Below are positions 30,771 to 45,569 of a DNA stretch of 64,000 bases, in pieces. Source of the stretch: Octopus vulgaris (taxonomy: Eukaryota); the NCBI GenBank assembly GCA_951406725.2, contig OX597839.1, positions 40,176,001-40,240,000 of the forward strand, read 5' to 3'. The notes under the pieces were generated by a model. That model ran no database searches and was not told the origin of the DNA. It saw only the letters and a list, made by a program, of their open reading frames with translations. Every line of letters starts with the position of its first letter. The first letter of the stretch is position 1. The position numbers and the translations under genes are program-made.

Positions 30771-32333
30771 ATTTTATTAGTATTGTTATTAGTAGTTGTC
30801 GTAGTGTTTATTTATTTTTGCTTTGTTGTGCAAAAATCGTTGAGTTAAAAATTGATTGGATATCGATCCAAAACAATTATCTACCACATACACACATGCG
30901 CACAAGTACAAACGCACACATACACCGAAACATACATTTTCATCCATATACTACCACTAAAAACTTCACCATTCACATTCACTCGCATACGCATGCTCAT
31001 GTACGCACGCATACACACACACACACCAGCACACACACGCGCGCGCGTATATATACACACTGACACACATATGAGTTGACTTCGATTCACGTGTATTCAT
31101 CCACAAACAATAATTATATTACAAATAAACACACGCAGGAATATCGTATACAAACACATATTATACACGAAGAGACATACACATACATACACTCACATAT
31201 ACACTCAGATACACACATACACACGCATTTATATTCATGTGCAAATATCATACATATAGACACGCACCATCATCCACAAAGAAGATTCATATCATGCTCA
31301 CACACTTACGCACCAACATGCATATATTCCCACTCCCCCTCCTCTCTCAACCCTATTAATTTTTTTCCATGGGAACTCACCCACCACCACTCTGCATTTC
31401 CCCACTCTACCTTTTTTCCCATTACTTGATCACCAACAAATTCCTTAAGGAAGATTTCAATAAAAGAACCATGATTTCTTGTGTTCTTTCATTGAGTTTT
31501 TCCCCTACTTTTTCTTTCATTTCATTCCTTCTTTTCATTGTTCCCTCAACGTTTGATCTCTCCTATCCCTATTCTCTTTCTTCTTTTTTATCTTGTATTC
31601 TTGTTCTTTTTATATACCGCCATTGTGCGCACGCTATTTTGTCAGAAAATTTTCTTATACCATTTTTTTTTCTTTGTATGTTTCCCATCCGTTCCAGTAT
31701 GTTTCCATTCGTTATAATTTCTTATGCGTTCTTATAGATTCTTATGTATTTCTTTACGTTTTCAAAGATTCTCATCTGTTTCCATGTGTTTTTTGCATTC
31801 TTATACGGTTCTATATGTTACCGTAGGTTTCGATATGTACTTCTGTGTTATACGTTCTTATAGGATTACTCTACATGCGTTCTTATATTTTCTAGCACGT
31901 TGCTACACGTTCTTATATAATCTTACGTACCTTCTAATATACAAATATACGCTCTTATGCATCATTCTACGTTACGTGTTCTTTTATATTGCCATAGTTT
32001 CTTTATAATAATTTCTATACGTCTTTCTGCGTTGATTATAGTTCTTTATACTCCTATATATACTTGTAAGTTCCTGGAGGGATTATTTTTATAATTTTTA
32101 AATACGATTCTACGTTCAAATTTGCGCTCATACGTTCCCGCTGTTTTTACGCATTTATATATTTTTACGTTCGTATACATATACATATCGTTATATTGTC
32201 ATGACGTTTTATCTTTTCTTGAATGTTGCTATATATATATTTTTTTTTTTTCATAAACTCTTCTTATATAATCATGTATGTTTTTATATATTGCTTCTAG
32301 GTTTATGCGTCCTTTTGCTTCTCTATATGTTTA

Positions 32334-32667
32334 TCTATTATATAAAATCCGTTCTGTCTGTCTGTGTTTCTTCTAGGACCTCGGGCATCCTCCATTCGAT
32401 TGCGCTCAAATTTGATATTTTGATACCGACAGTATCAGTGCGTGTATAAGTCTTTGCAAAAATGACAAAATTCGATTCCAGGTGAGAATGCGATCGATAC
32501 TACGCGTACGCGAGAAAAATGCACGTGTAGTTTACGCAAAAAAAGCCGGCTGGCTTGAAATAATGCCACAGAATGGGATGGTCAAACAAGTTGTTTTGAG
32601 AAAATTTGGTTTAAATGTTTGACAACTCAGCACCGTCCACTGGACGGGGGGGGGTGCGTTTTGCTCG
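32334..32667 (+). mobile_element. Non-autonomous Helitron-like element, complete
   Basis: 5' TC after A, (GTCT)n near start, GC-rich subterminal hairpin (ccgtcca c tggacgg), 3' CTCG (CTAG variant) then T; no TSD. Confidence 0.75.
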
Positions 32668-32778
32668 TATATATATATATATATATATATATTCCAGTAT
32701 ATTACAATCCGTATCTACATATTCTGATGCATTATAAAAGATACCTACGTTCTTATACACTTGTATATATTTGTATAT

Positions 32779-33030
32779 CTTGTGAAAGGTAGGAGAGTCC
32801 AGTTTGCTGGACATTGTTGTAGAGCTGAAAACGAGGCAATTTCTACTCTTCTCCTCTGGAAGCCATCTACTCGCAATACCAGAGGCCGCACACTCTCCTA
32901 CCCTGATGTAATCTCCAGGGATACAGGCATCCATCAACAGGACCTCCGTAATGCCATGATGGACCGTGAAGTCTGGTGTAGCATGGTAAATTCCATTGTC
33001 TCGACCACGGTCGAACAATGATGATGGTGA
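32779..33030 (+). mobile_element. 5'-truncated RTE-clade LINE 3' end with (TGA)n tail
   Basis: RRVQFAGHCCRAENE..LLLWKP..RGR.LSYPD..RDTG..DLRNAMMDREVW, stop at 33021, then tgatgatggtgat. Confidence 0.8.
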
Positions 33031-33456
33031 TATATTTTAGTAGTTATCAAATATTTCTATCATATGCATTCGTATACATTGTTGCATATTTTTACGTTTA
33101 ATACTGAAATAGGTCGTTACGATTTTATACTGTGACAAGTTTTTACGTTTCCATACTGCCATAATTTCTCATATTTTTTAAAACTGTAATATGTTATGTG
33201 TTTATACCATTATACGATCTGATATATTTATTGTGTTATGCGTTATTTCGTTTTCATAATACTTTACGTTGTTGCGTTTTCATGCTGGTTTGCGTTCTGA
33301 GATTGAAATAAAGTTTTCGATCAATTATTACCTGTAAATCTATATTCCGATAAATTCTTATAGATTTCTATGTTTATTTTTATCATATTAAAAATATTTT
33401 TCTGCCTTCATTTATGTTCGTGAATATTTTACATTTATATATATATATATACATCG

Positions 33457-33493
<37 letters not shown>

Positions 33494-33496
33494 TAT

Positions 33497-33571
<75 letters not shown>

Positions 33572-33718
33572 TATATACGCTTCTGATGTTTATTTAGCTT
33601 TTTATGTTTTTCAATGGTCATATATATTTTTATAAATGCTTAGAAGTTATTATACTTTCTTATAATGTTCCTCTATGATTTGTATGCTTTTCCTATTTTT
33701 TGCTGTCTTCTATATGGA

Positions 33719-33880
33719 TAGGTGCAGGCGTAGCTGCGTGTTAAGAAACTTGGTTCCCGACTACAAGATTCCGGGTTCTGTCCCACTGCATAGGACCTTG
33801 AGCAATTGTCTGCTATAGTCTCGGGCTGTCCAAAGAGTTTTGAGTAGATTTTGTAGACAGAAACTGAAAGAAGCTCGTCC

Positions 33881-33912
<32 letters not shown>

Positions 33913-33950
33913 TTGTGTGTATGTGTGTGTGTTTCTGCGTCTTTGCTTGC
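33719..33950 (+). mobile_element. Diverged SINE family B 5' half
   Basis: taggtgcaggcgtagctgcgtg...gtcccactgc...gaaactgaaagaagctcgtc. Confidence 0.7.
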
Positions 33951-33983
33951 CCTGTACGTATATAACTAAATAGATTGGAGTGT

Positions 33984-34370
33984 GGAGGCGCAATGGCCCA
34001 GTGGTTAGGGCAGCGGACTCGCGGTCGTAGGATCGCGGTTTCGATTCCCAGACCGGGCATTGTGAGTGTTTATTGAGCGAAAACACCTTAAAGCTCCACG
34101 AGGCTCCGGCAGGGATGGTGGTGATCCCTGCTGTACTCTTTCACCACAACTTTCTCTCACTCTTACTTCCTGTTTCTGTTGTACCTGTATTTCAAAGGGC
34201 CGGCCTTGTCACTCTCTGTGTCACGCTGAATATCCCCGAGAACTACGTTAAGGGTACACGTGTCTGTGGAGTGCTCAGCCACTTACACGTTAATTTCACG
34301 AGCAGGCTGTTCCGTTGATTCGGATCAACCGGAACCCTCGTCGTCGTAACCGACGGAGTGCTTCCACCAC
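33984..34370 (+). mobile_element. SINE family C (tRNA-derived head), young, 10-bp TSD
   Basis: A box TGGCCCAGTGG, B box GTTTCGATTCC; TSD AGATTGGAGT at 33972-33981 and 34371-34380; near-identical to 58490-58875. Confidence 0.93.
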
Positions 34371-34627
34371 AGATTGGAGTCAACAAGGAGTACAGAGGTA
34401 CAATTATTTGTAATCACAATAATCGTATCCAAGCAACGCAGTGATTGCAAATAAATGTTCCTCTGTACTTCCTCTTATTGATTCCAACTTATTCAATTAT
34501 CATTTCGTACACTACGGAAGCCCCAATGCAAATCTGGCAGTACGTATAATACTACTGCTGGATAGCACCGAGCGAAATCTAAAGATGGACGAGCTTTACA
34601 TTGTATTCTACTACGGAATATAACTTG

Positions 34628-34717
<90 letters not shown>

Positions 34718-34748
34718 CATCTATCTATCTATCTACCTATCTATCTAC

Positions 34749-34789
<41 letters not shown>

Positions 34790-34878
34790 CATCTATCTGT
34801 CTGTCTGTCTGTCTGTCTGTCTGTGTATCTATCTATCCATCCATCTATCTATCTTTCTATCTATCTATCCATATATTC

Positions 34879-34999
<121 letters not shown>

Positions 35000-36217
35000 A
35001 AAGAGGTGAAATATAAAACAAAATCAAAGGGGCCGCTTATGCGTGTCTATTTGAGCATTTTTCTTGCTAGAATTAACAGCTAAGTCATCCTAGAACTAAC
35101 AGTACAATCGTAAAAAAGAGGCGGTCCCATTTGATAATGTGTACTATTGTATATTATATGAACACTAAAAGGGATTGTCACGGCTGGAATGCTCTTTTGA
35201 TCACATTCTTATGCAATGACTGCTGATTTCGTCCTAAAAAAAGAGAGATATAAAATTAACAAGAGAACAATAATCGTAATGAGTGTTTTATGAATGAACG
35301 AAAAAAAATTAAATAAATGAAAGTGCACATTGAAAATCAAAAAAAAAAAAAGGAAAAAAGAAATAGAGAAAAATTAAATAAACAAAACGAACTCAAGAGT
35401 TACAAAAAAAAAAAAAATCTCCATTCAGCTCACGAAATACAGAATTCAAGCCAGGCGCGTGAAGACATCTTCGATAATAAAAAGAGACAGAGAAAGAGCG
35501 AGAGAAATAGAGCGAGAGAGAGAGAGAGAGAGAGAGAGATAAAGAGAAGGTGAGAGAGTATGAAGTTAGAGGATAGAGAGAAAGGGTGAGAAAGAGTGGT
35601 AAGTAGTGGGGAGGAGGAGGAAAGAGGGAAGTAAGAAAAACAGGATATGAGAGAGAGAGAGAGAGAGAGAGAAGGTGAGAATGAGAGAGACAGGGAGAGA
35701 GAGAGAGAGAGACAGGGGAAAATGCGAATAGAGGCAAAATGGGAGAGAAAAAGACAGAAAGCTCGACAGACAAGAGGAGAGAAACAACACGTGAGCAATA
35801 GAGAAGGAGAGAGAGAGGTGGGGAGAGGAAGGCAGAGGGGGGAGGTAAAGAGAGGCCTGTCAGTTGGCACTGTATTGTGAAAATGGCTTTACTGTTTATT
35901 ACTTATTATCCAAACGTCACACCTTTCGGACTTTAATTGCAATTAAAATCTCTCATTGGTGGAAAGTAAAATGGCTAACGGAGACGGTTTTATCGCCATT
36001 TTCGTGCACTGTTAAACAGTTAGACTCCATTACATATAGTAGTTAGTAACTTTTTGTCACTGAGCCTTCTCTAATGAATTCTAATGAATATCTTGTCTCT
36101 CTCATTCACTTTCCCTCTCTCTCTCTCTATGTATGTTTGTACGTATGTATGTATGTTTGTATGTATGTATGTATATATGTATGTATGTAAATATATATCT
36201 GTCTTTCTGTCTGTCTG

Positions 36218-36279
<62 letters not shown>

Positions 36280-36329
36280 ATATATATATATGTTGCTCAA
36301 GAACACAACACACAACACACATATATATA

Positions 36330-36495
36330 TGAAGGTACATGGCTCAGTGATTAGAGCATCGGGGTCACAATCCTGAGGTAGCAAGATCAATTACTGGACC
36401 GGGCTGGGTGTTGTGTTCTTGAGCAAGACACTTTATTTCAAGGTTGTGCCAGTTCACTCAGCTGAGGAAATGAGGTGCGACTTCCAATGACCGAG
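36330..36495 (+). mobile_element. Old tRNA-derived SINE fragment (family D)
   Basis: tggctcagtgattagagc...ttgtgttcttgagcaagacactttatttca; related to 42131-42340. Confidence 0.6.
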
Positions 36496-36506
36496 GGAAT
36501 ATATAT

Positions 36507-36609
<103 letters not shown>

Positions 36610-36741
36610 TGTGTGTGTATGTATGTATATTGTGAAGTATACTTGTCACTTAAATGTGGCTAACCCTTAGGGGTTGATGTTACTGTAGCTTAGATGGGAA
36701 AGATGACTTACCTTTGCAAATACTGACAGGGCACAGAAACC

Positions 36742-36974
36742 TATTTCTTTACTACCCACAAGGGGCTAAACACAGAGAGGACAAACAAGGACATACAAAC
36801 GGATTAAGTCGATTATATCGACACCAGTGCGTAACTGGTACTTAATTTATCGACCTCGAAAGGATGAAAGGCAAAGTCGACCTCGGCGGAATTTGAACTC
36901 AGAACGTAACATCAGACGAAATACTGTTAAGCATTTCGCCCGGCGTGCTAACGATTCTGCCAGCTCGCCGCCTT
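36742..36974 (-). mobile_element. SINE family A, full length
   Basis: Reverse complement of 16501-16725. Confidence 0.92.
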
Positions 36975-37103
36975 AAACCGGTTGACGACAGAAACCGGTT
37001 GACGACACACGAGATGTCGAAATATAGTTCACTAGATAACAATGGCACTCTTCTTATAATTTTGACTCTATATCTTCAGGAGGAGTTACCTCAATCCTTT
37101 ATA

Positions 37104-37185
<82 letters not shown>

Positions 37186-37205
37186 CATCATCATCATCAT
37201 CATCA

Positions 37206-37267
<62 letters not shown>

Positions 37268-37284
37268 GTTGTTATTATTATTAT

Positions 37285-37777
37285 TGAGTGAGAGAGCATT
37301 TCATGCCATCAAAGTGACACTGGGGTAAAATATACGAAGCCCAATATACCCAACATGACTACCCGTCTGATAAGGGTACACCAGGCACATGCATCACAAC
37401 CATATGTGCGCTACATGGTGATCTCATATCAAGGTAAACAGCGCATGACCTTGCAGGTGGGGCCCAGTTAGAATTTCCTTCACGTTGAGTAGCCCATCCC
37501 GCTCAAAAGGTCCCTGAATGAGGGTTGTTTAAGGATGTTGAACGAAACACCCATGTTTCCAGAGGTGAATTATTCAAACCCCAAAGAATCCCTCTCAACA
37601 CATGGCTATGATGCTCCCCCACTACTTCTGCTCATGATCAGAGATGCACATATCGTCAGCCACTAAGGGACATGCTCAACTAGTTAAGGTTAAACAACTG
37701 ACAAGCAAATCTGTGGTATTGAGCAGAATATTTGCTGTAGCCCATCTTTTATACCAAGATAAAACAATGTACATGAT

Positions 37778-37778
<1 letters not shown>
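37285..37778. mobile_element. ~500-bp putative interspersed repeat embedded in (ATT)n
   Basis: Higher-GC unique block sharply bounded on both sides by (ATT)n; single copy here, family unassigned. Confidence 0.4.
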
Positions 37779-37838
<60 letters not shown>

Positions 37839-37862
37839 CATTGTGGTTTTTGTTGTTGTTGT

Positions 37863-37902
<40 letters not shown>

Positions 37903-37903
<1 letters not shown>

Positions 37904-38218
37904 AGCCTGATCGTGAAATTAACGTGTCAGTGGCTGAGTATTCCACATACACGAGTACCCTTAACGTAGTTCTCGGGGAGATCCTGCGTTACACAGTTTG
38001 ACAAGGCTATCCCTTTGAAAAACAGATACAAGAGAAACAGGAAGAAAGAGTGAAAGTTGCGGTGAAAGAGTACAGCAGGGTTCGACACCACCTACTACCA
38101 GAGCGTGGTAGATCTTTAGGTGTTTTCGATCTATAAACACTTACAACGCCCGGTCCGGGAATCGAAACCACGATCGTACGACCGCGAGTCTTCTGCCTTG
38201 ACCACTGGGCAGTTGCGC

Positions 38219-38220
<2 letters not shown>
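37903..38220 (-). mobile_element. Diverged SINE family C
   Basis: Reverse complement matches family C (gtacccttaacgtagttctcgggga...gggaatcgaaacc...accactgggc). Confidence 0.8.
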
Positions 38221-38308
<88 letters not shown>

Positions 38309-38355
38309 CAGCATACACCGTTAGCACCGTTATATATATATACAGCAGTATATAC

Positions 38356-38567
38356 CGTTAGCACGCCGGCCGACCTGCGTAGCCGTATTTCGTCCGTCTT
38401 TACGTTCCGAGTTCAAATTCCGCCGAGGTCGACTTTGCCTTTCATCCTTTCGGGGTCGATAAATTAAGTACCAGTTACGCACTGGGATCGATATAATCGA
38501 CTTAATCCCTTTGTCTGTCCTTGTTTGTCCCCTCTGTGTGTAGCCCCTTGTGGGTAGTAAAGAAATA
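38356..38567 (+). mobile_element. SINE family A, slightly 5'-truncated
   Basis: cgttagcacgccgg...gtaaagaaata; flanked by atatatacagcagt repeats (possible TSD). Confidence 0.88.
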
Positions 38568-39081
38568 TACATATATATATATACAGCAGTTGAGGCAAAA
38601 TAGTGACTAAAGTCATTTCGCTTGAGACCTTAGACAAGTGTCCAGTAAAACAGATTTTGGTCTCTCAATGATTTATCTATTAGTAAAATTTTAATAGACT
38701 GACCGTGTACGTCCGAACGTCCGAACGCTGTAGACACCCTTCCTCGCCAAACACATATAAACACTCATACACACAGAAACACATACCTAACCGTATAGAC
38801 ATAGAGTGTTACTCTATGTGTTAGTGTTTGTACGTGTGTGGCCCTATCGATTCTACAAACACTGTAGATAAAATACAAAACAGACATAAAAATTACTAAC
38901 TTGTGTCAATATGATCGAGTTAACGCTTGACCTCGGTGCTACAGCATGACCGTCAGAAAATGATTGAAAATACTAAACGAGCAAGAGAGGTTATACGGTT
39001 ACACTCAATGTCTCTCTCTCTCTCACAGACATATATACACATATTCAAAATCATCAATATACATATATATATATATAAATA

Positions 39082-39113
<32 letters not shown>

Positions 39114-39135
39114 CACGTGTTTATGTATGTATGTA

Positions 39136-39219
<84 letters not shown>

Positions 39220-39488
39220 AACTTACATAAATGTATAAACAGCATATTTTGTTTTATCTTCAGAGTTGGGTGGGAGGCAATGAGGGAGAAGTTGAGATTG
39301 GAAATACAAATAGGAAATGTACAAAAATGGTATGTGTGTGTGTGCCCTTTCATACATACATACACCCATACATACACATACATCCATACATCCGTACATA
39401 CATACGTGCACACATACATAGATATGCATATACATATATATTTATATATATATACATATACATACATATATATATGTATATATATATA

Positions 39489-39557
<69 letters not shown>

Positions 39558-39736
39558 ATATATTTAAATATACATATATATACATATTTACCTGTGTGCA
39601 TATATATGTCTACATATATATTTTCAGACGTACATATACACTTCTACCTCTCTCTGCTTTCAGCTCTCTCTCTCTCTCATTTTGTGCATATATATATGTA
39701 GAGGGACAGTGAAAGAGATGGATGTAAATGTATGTA

Positions 39737-39799
<63 letters not shown>

Positions 39800-39805
39800 A
39801 TGTAA

Positions 39806-39860
<55 letters not shown>

Positions 39861-40485
39861 TTCATCCACATACATAGTCATGTAGTATTATACGTGTGTC
39901 TAAGAGTGTGTGTTAATATGTGTGGCAGAGCGTGTGCATGTGTGCGTGTCTTAATGTGTGTGTGTGTGTGTGTGTGTGGTTGGAGGCATTTCCATATGTA
40001 TCGACATAACGGAGTGTGTCCAAGTGAAAAGCTCGTACGCATTCTTGACAATCGTAACCTCATAGCTGTTATCGTAAGCAGACGAAAGCATCGACGTGGG
40101 AGCAATAAAACGTTGCTATCGCAACCTCTTATACGTGTACGAGTGTATCTGTCGATTTCTACAGCAAAAACCTTGCGGCCTTTTGGCAACGTACCAAGTC
40201 AAGTTGCCTAAAGTAGTTGATTTTACTTCGAACCATCGAGAATCTGTTATCCACTTGACTGGCAACGTAGCAAAGTCGAGCCCTGCTAATTGTATCTGAA
40301 TAACCGATGAATTACCATTCAACAACAATATCGACTCTTACATACTACACAACATCACACATCTACTTCTTCTTCTTCATTAGCCAAACACACACACACA
40401 GACACACATCCACACACACATACACACACGCACACCTACATGCATGCATGTATGTATATACAGAAATGAATGATGCTATGTATTA

Positions 40486-40530
<45 letters not shown>

Positions 40531-40660
40531 ACTTATATATATATATACACGTATTTTTACATATATAAACCTATATACCTATAAATATATATATATATAC
40601 ACATATGTACACATATATGCAGGTATATGTACATTGAATCTTTGTATAAATATATATATT

Positions 40661-40704
<44 letters not shown>

Positions 40705-40744
40705 CATACATACAGATATATACATATGTAAATATATATATATA

Positions 40745-40812
<68 letters not shown>

Positions 40813-40997
40813 ACATACATCTAGGTATATGTGTGTGCGTGTGTGTGTTTGTGTGTATATATATATACATATTCAGAGAAATTTTGACACATACACACAC
40901 TTCCATTCACTCGTACTTATTTTGTTGATATTCGTCTCAACATCTTCACAATCATATACATAGATGTCGCTATGTGTGCTCATACATACATACATAT

Positions 40998-41066
<69 letters not shown>

Positions 41067-41519
41067 AAATATGTGTGTGTTTGGCTACGCGCTTATCTTC
41101 ACATCGTCGTCGTAATGTTGCCTAACAATAACTACATTAAACCAATTATACATACATTCGTCCCACCCCCAACCTCCTCACTCATACTTACGGTCACACA
41201 CAGACGGACATACATATAACACTCGTATGTTTCCGTAATCTGCTATTTCCACAAACACTACTTAAGCGTATACCTACCGATATAACAAATCTTTAAATGC
41301 AAACATAGATACACATGCAAGTATATCGATGTATGCATAGGATATATAAATATGTATGTGTGTATGCGTACACACTCACACACACATACGCACTCAACAC
41401 ACATGTGAATGTATATATGTATACATATATACATTTATATATGTATACAGGTATATATGTATGCATGTAGACATGTACAAGTATATATGTATATATACAT
41501 ATATTCATATATATATATT

Positions 41520-41558
<39 letters not shown>

Positions 41559-41697
41559 ACATAAATATATATATAGAGTGAGAGGGGGAGAAAGATGGAG
41601 AGAGAGAGAGGGAGACAAGGGGGTGAGTGAGAGGTGTGTTCTGATCTGTAGCAACATAATAATTATTGATACGCCTCTTCTTCTTCTTCTTCTTCTT

Positions 41698-41762
<65 letters not shown>

Positions 41763-42130
41763 CCTCAATAATCTTCAATGTAAATATGTACAAACCCTTT
41801 GACTCCTCGGGGGCCACGACTAACATACACCTAGAATGTCTCAGATACTTCAGTCGGACTGGATTATTTAACATCGAATAGTTTCAAGATTTATCACATC
41901 AAAAATGCCTCAACATTAGAAGTCAAGAGTAGGTGTTAGAGGCCGTAGTGTATATTAGATTTTATTTAGCACGTCTTAATACTTGACAGTTTGAAGATTA
42001 TATCGATAATCTCATTCAATCCCCCACTACACTCTCCTTTGTCTTGGTCAGAGGAGAAAACTCAGAGTCCATGATTACGTTGTGTAATGAATTATGAATT
42101 TATATATATATACATATGTACTGATGTGTA

Positions 42131-42340
42131 GAGATGCGTGGCTGAGTGGTTGGACTTTTGATAGTAAGATAGTGGTTTCGATTCCTTGACTGGGCGAGAC
42201 GTTGTGTTCTTTAAGAAATCACTTCATTTCACGTTGCTCCAGACCACCCAGCTGGCAAAAATTAATAATCCTGCGGCGGATTAGCATTCTGTCCTTGGTG
42301 GGGAATGTATACGTCATCGAAACCGGAAATCCGGCCCGAT
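42131..42340 (+). mobile_element. Old tRNA-derived SINE (family D)
   Basis: gtggctgagtggtt...ggtttcgattcc...ttgtgttctttaagaaatcacttcatttcacgttgctccag. Confidence 0.6.
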
Positions 42341-42652
42341 GATTCATTTAAGGAACTGTATTTTTCTTTATTTTTTTATTCTTTATGCCCTTACATAAAT
42401 ATGGTAGGTGTCAACTCGTAGAAGGATATGACCATCTCTGACAAATTTTCTTATCCTAGATGTTAAAGTCCGCAATGCCCGTCCTGAAATTTAAATTCAA
42501 TAGCAGGTTGAATAAAACCGCTGAGATTCTTCCCTGAAAAGCCAAGTTGTCAGTCATAAGCAAGAACTATGAAACGGGTCTCCTTCTTCAACAAAGGTTC
42601 CCAGGAGTTGGATAGCTATTGAGAATGCACAGGTAAGATTCTTACCTGAATC

Positions 42653-42697
<45 letters not shown>

Positions 42698-42744
42698 GAT
42701 CTAGGCAGCAGTAAACAATGCGTACCAAAAGTTATAAACGTCAG

Positions 42745-42953
42745 TATATGTGACTGTAGTGTTAAAGACACACCTACATTGCTAGAAGTAAGAGCTAAAC
42801 GCTCTAATGCTACATTCAAAGCAGGTAACTGGATACATACATGCTGACAGGAACCGTATGTATATTTACAATTATGTGATTTGAACGTAGCATTAGAGTG
42901 CTTAGCTCTTATTTCTAGCAATATTGGTGTCTCTAACACCCACAGTCATATAT
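42745..42953. repeat. Imperfect foldback (~75-bp arms) between (TA)n tracts
   Basis: 42745-42820 complementary to 42880-42953. Confidence 0.85.
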
Positions 42954-42989
42954 TTAATAACGGTTATTCACAACAATGGTTACGTATGC

Positions 42990-43038
<49 letters not shown>

Positions 43039-43181
43039 TGTATATATCCGTCTCGCGAGAGGTACCAATTGTTTTCGCTAGAACCTGTATAATTTCCAAT
43101 GAATCCTTAAATATAATTTAAGGAGGTGCTCCAGCATGGCCGCAGTCAAAAGACTGAAACAAGTAAAAGAAAAAAGAATAC

Positions 43182-43216
<35 letters not shown>

Positions 43217-43761
43217 CATATATATACACACGCTCATATGTACATATATATGCGATGTCGTACATATTCATCTCTAATACTTTCTGGCAGAATCGAACGT
43301 GAAAATCGAAATCGTTACTGTATATGTGACCAGCTCCTTTCAGACGATATCACTGGATCGAACTGTCTCAGAGTCATCGGTGTTTCGACCCTACTGTGAC
43401 TCCCCGGTGAAAAGCCTTTTCAGGTCAATGAACCTAAACAAGAATGTCGGATTTCGGTTCTTTGATTCATCAAAGCAAATATTTACTGGTGCGTGCTGAT
43501 GATGTTTGCCAAATCGATAATAAATTATCATGCAAAGGCTTAACACCGAGAATCAAAATGGTCACGTGCATAATCATTCTTAGTTGGTCCCTGCAGATTT
43601 GCGGTGTGAATATCTTAACACTTTTGTAGATCAAATGTATACAAACCTGTTAAATATTATTGTACACACATGTATTGCATGCAACAATGCTTCGTGAGTC
43701 TCCGGTTAATGAATTACAGCTTGACTGAACTTTGCCGACATCAGCAAATGTACAACAAACA

Positions 43762-43800
<39 letters not shown>

Positions 43801-43804
<4 letters not shown>

Positions 43805-44148
43805 CTGTGTGTTAGGTAGCTTGCTTACCAACCACATGGTTCCGGGTTCAGTCTCACTGCGTGGCACCTTTGGCAAGTGTCTTCTACTATAGCCTCGGGC
43901 CGACCAAAGCCTTGTGAGTGGATTTGGTAGAGGGAAACTGAAAGACGCCCGTCGTACATATATATATATATGTGTGCGTGTATGTTGTGTATCTGTGTTT
44001 GTCCCCCCAACATCGCTTGACAACCGAAGCTGGTGTGTTTACGTCCGGTATAAGAGACCGATACAATAAGTACTTGGGTCAATTTGATTCGACTAAAGGC
44101 GGTGATCCAGCACGGCCGGAGTCAAATGACTGAAGCAAGTAAAAGAGT
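43801..44148 (+). mobile_element. SINE family B
   Basis: Match to 57091-57509 with small deletions. Confidence 0.9.
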
Positions 44149-44235
44149 ATATATATATCAATAACTGTTCTTACAGACCTGAGAACAGTCGATACATACG
44201 TGTATATTTAAATATATGCATATATATATATATAT

Positions 44236-44645
44236 ACTCTTACTCATTTACTTGTTTCAGTCATTTGACTGCGGCCATGCTGGAGCACCGCCTTTAGTCG
44301 AGCAAATCGACCCCGGGACTTATTCTTTGTAAGCCCAGTACTTATTCTATCGGTCTCTGTTGCCGAACCGCTAAGTGACGGGGACGTAAACACACCAGCA
44401 TCAGTTGTCAAGTAATGCTAGGGGGACAAACACACACAAACACACACAAACACACACACATACACATATATACATACATATATACGCCAGGCTTCTTTCA
44501 GTTTCCGTCTACCAAATCCACTCATAAGGCATTGGTCGGCCCGGGGCTATAGCAGAAGACATTTGCCCAAGATGCCACGCGGTGGGACTGAACCAGGAAC
44601 CATATGGTTGGTTAGTAAACTACTTACCACACAGCCACTCCTGCG

Positions 44646-44648
<3 letters not shown>
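44236..44648 (-). mobile_element. SINE family B, full length, inverted relative to its neighbour
   Basis: Reverse complement of family B. Confidence 0.92.
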
Positions 44649-44702
<54 letters not shown>

Positions 44703-45524
44703 GTTATATATATATATGCGAATGGATTATTATCGCAGACGTTTGAAGCATTTAGAACTTCAGCAACATGGTCTTCGTTGAATACTTGAGATAAACTGGA
44801 GAATTGCAGTGAGAATAAGTGATAAAGACCTGCTAAGCAAATTCTGTTGTGGACTTAAATATCGTAAAAGTCTAGCACATAGAAGCATAAGTAACGTTCA
44901 AAAAAGAGAGAATCAAAGAAGCCACGGGGTTCAACTACTTGTAGATTATGATAGGTGATTGTTGACAACAGAACCTGTGCAACATGTGGAAATGTGTGCC
45001 GTTCAGTTTTGGGGATTAAAAAGACGTACCAAACGATCTCATACTGTGTCACCGGTTACTTCTGCTGGCCAATACATTTTGTGCATTATGCAATAAAATG
45101 TGCAAATCTGTGGCAGGGCTCAGGATTCATATTAGGGCCTGACATTGCATTACCAATTACTCATTTCAATGATTCTTTCTAGCGATGGCTTTGCTCGTAT
45201 AGGAGAAAACAGGATATATATACATATATAAAGTTCTTCTTGGGAAAATACACATTCAAATAAATATAACATAATATCATGAATAGCGAAAGCGAAATCC
45301 GTCGATATATTAAAAATTATATTAAAACTATGTAAAGTGTTTGTATGTTCCTTTTTTTAATTTCTTATATATATATATATATACATACAAGAAAAACGTA
45401 CGTGTATATATATACACGCAATACCTACATACATAAATGCGTGCATTGACAAGTATTTATGTATGTGTATATAGATATACATATATATATGTACATATAG
45501 GCACATTTATATAGAAACACATTT

Positions 45525-45569
<45 letters not shown>

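Noticed and set aside
33984-34056. SINE-C head as a functional tRNA
   Set aside because: Acceptor stem not formed; continues into a repeated body bounded by TSDs
43370-43428. Minus-strand CTGAAAA...GAAAC motif
   Set aside because: Core G8 missing and cleavage triplet absent; too degenerate to call
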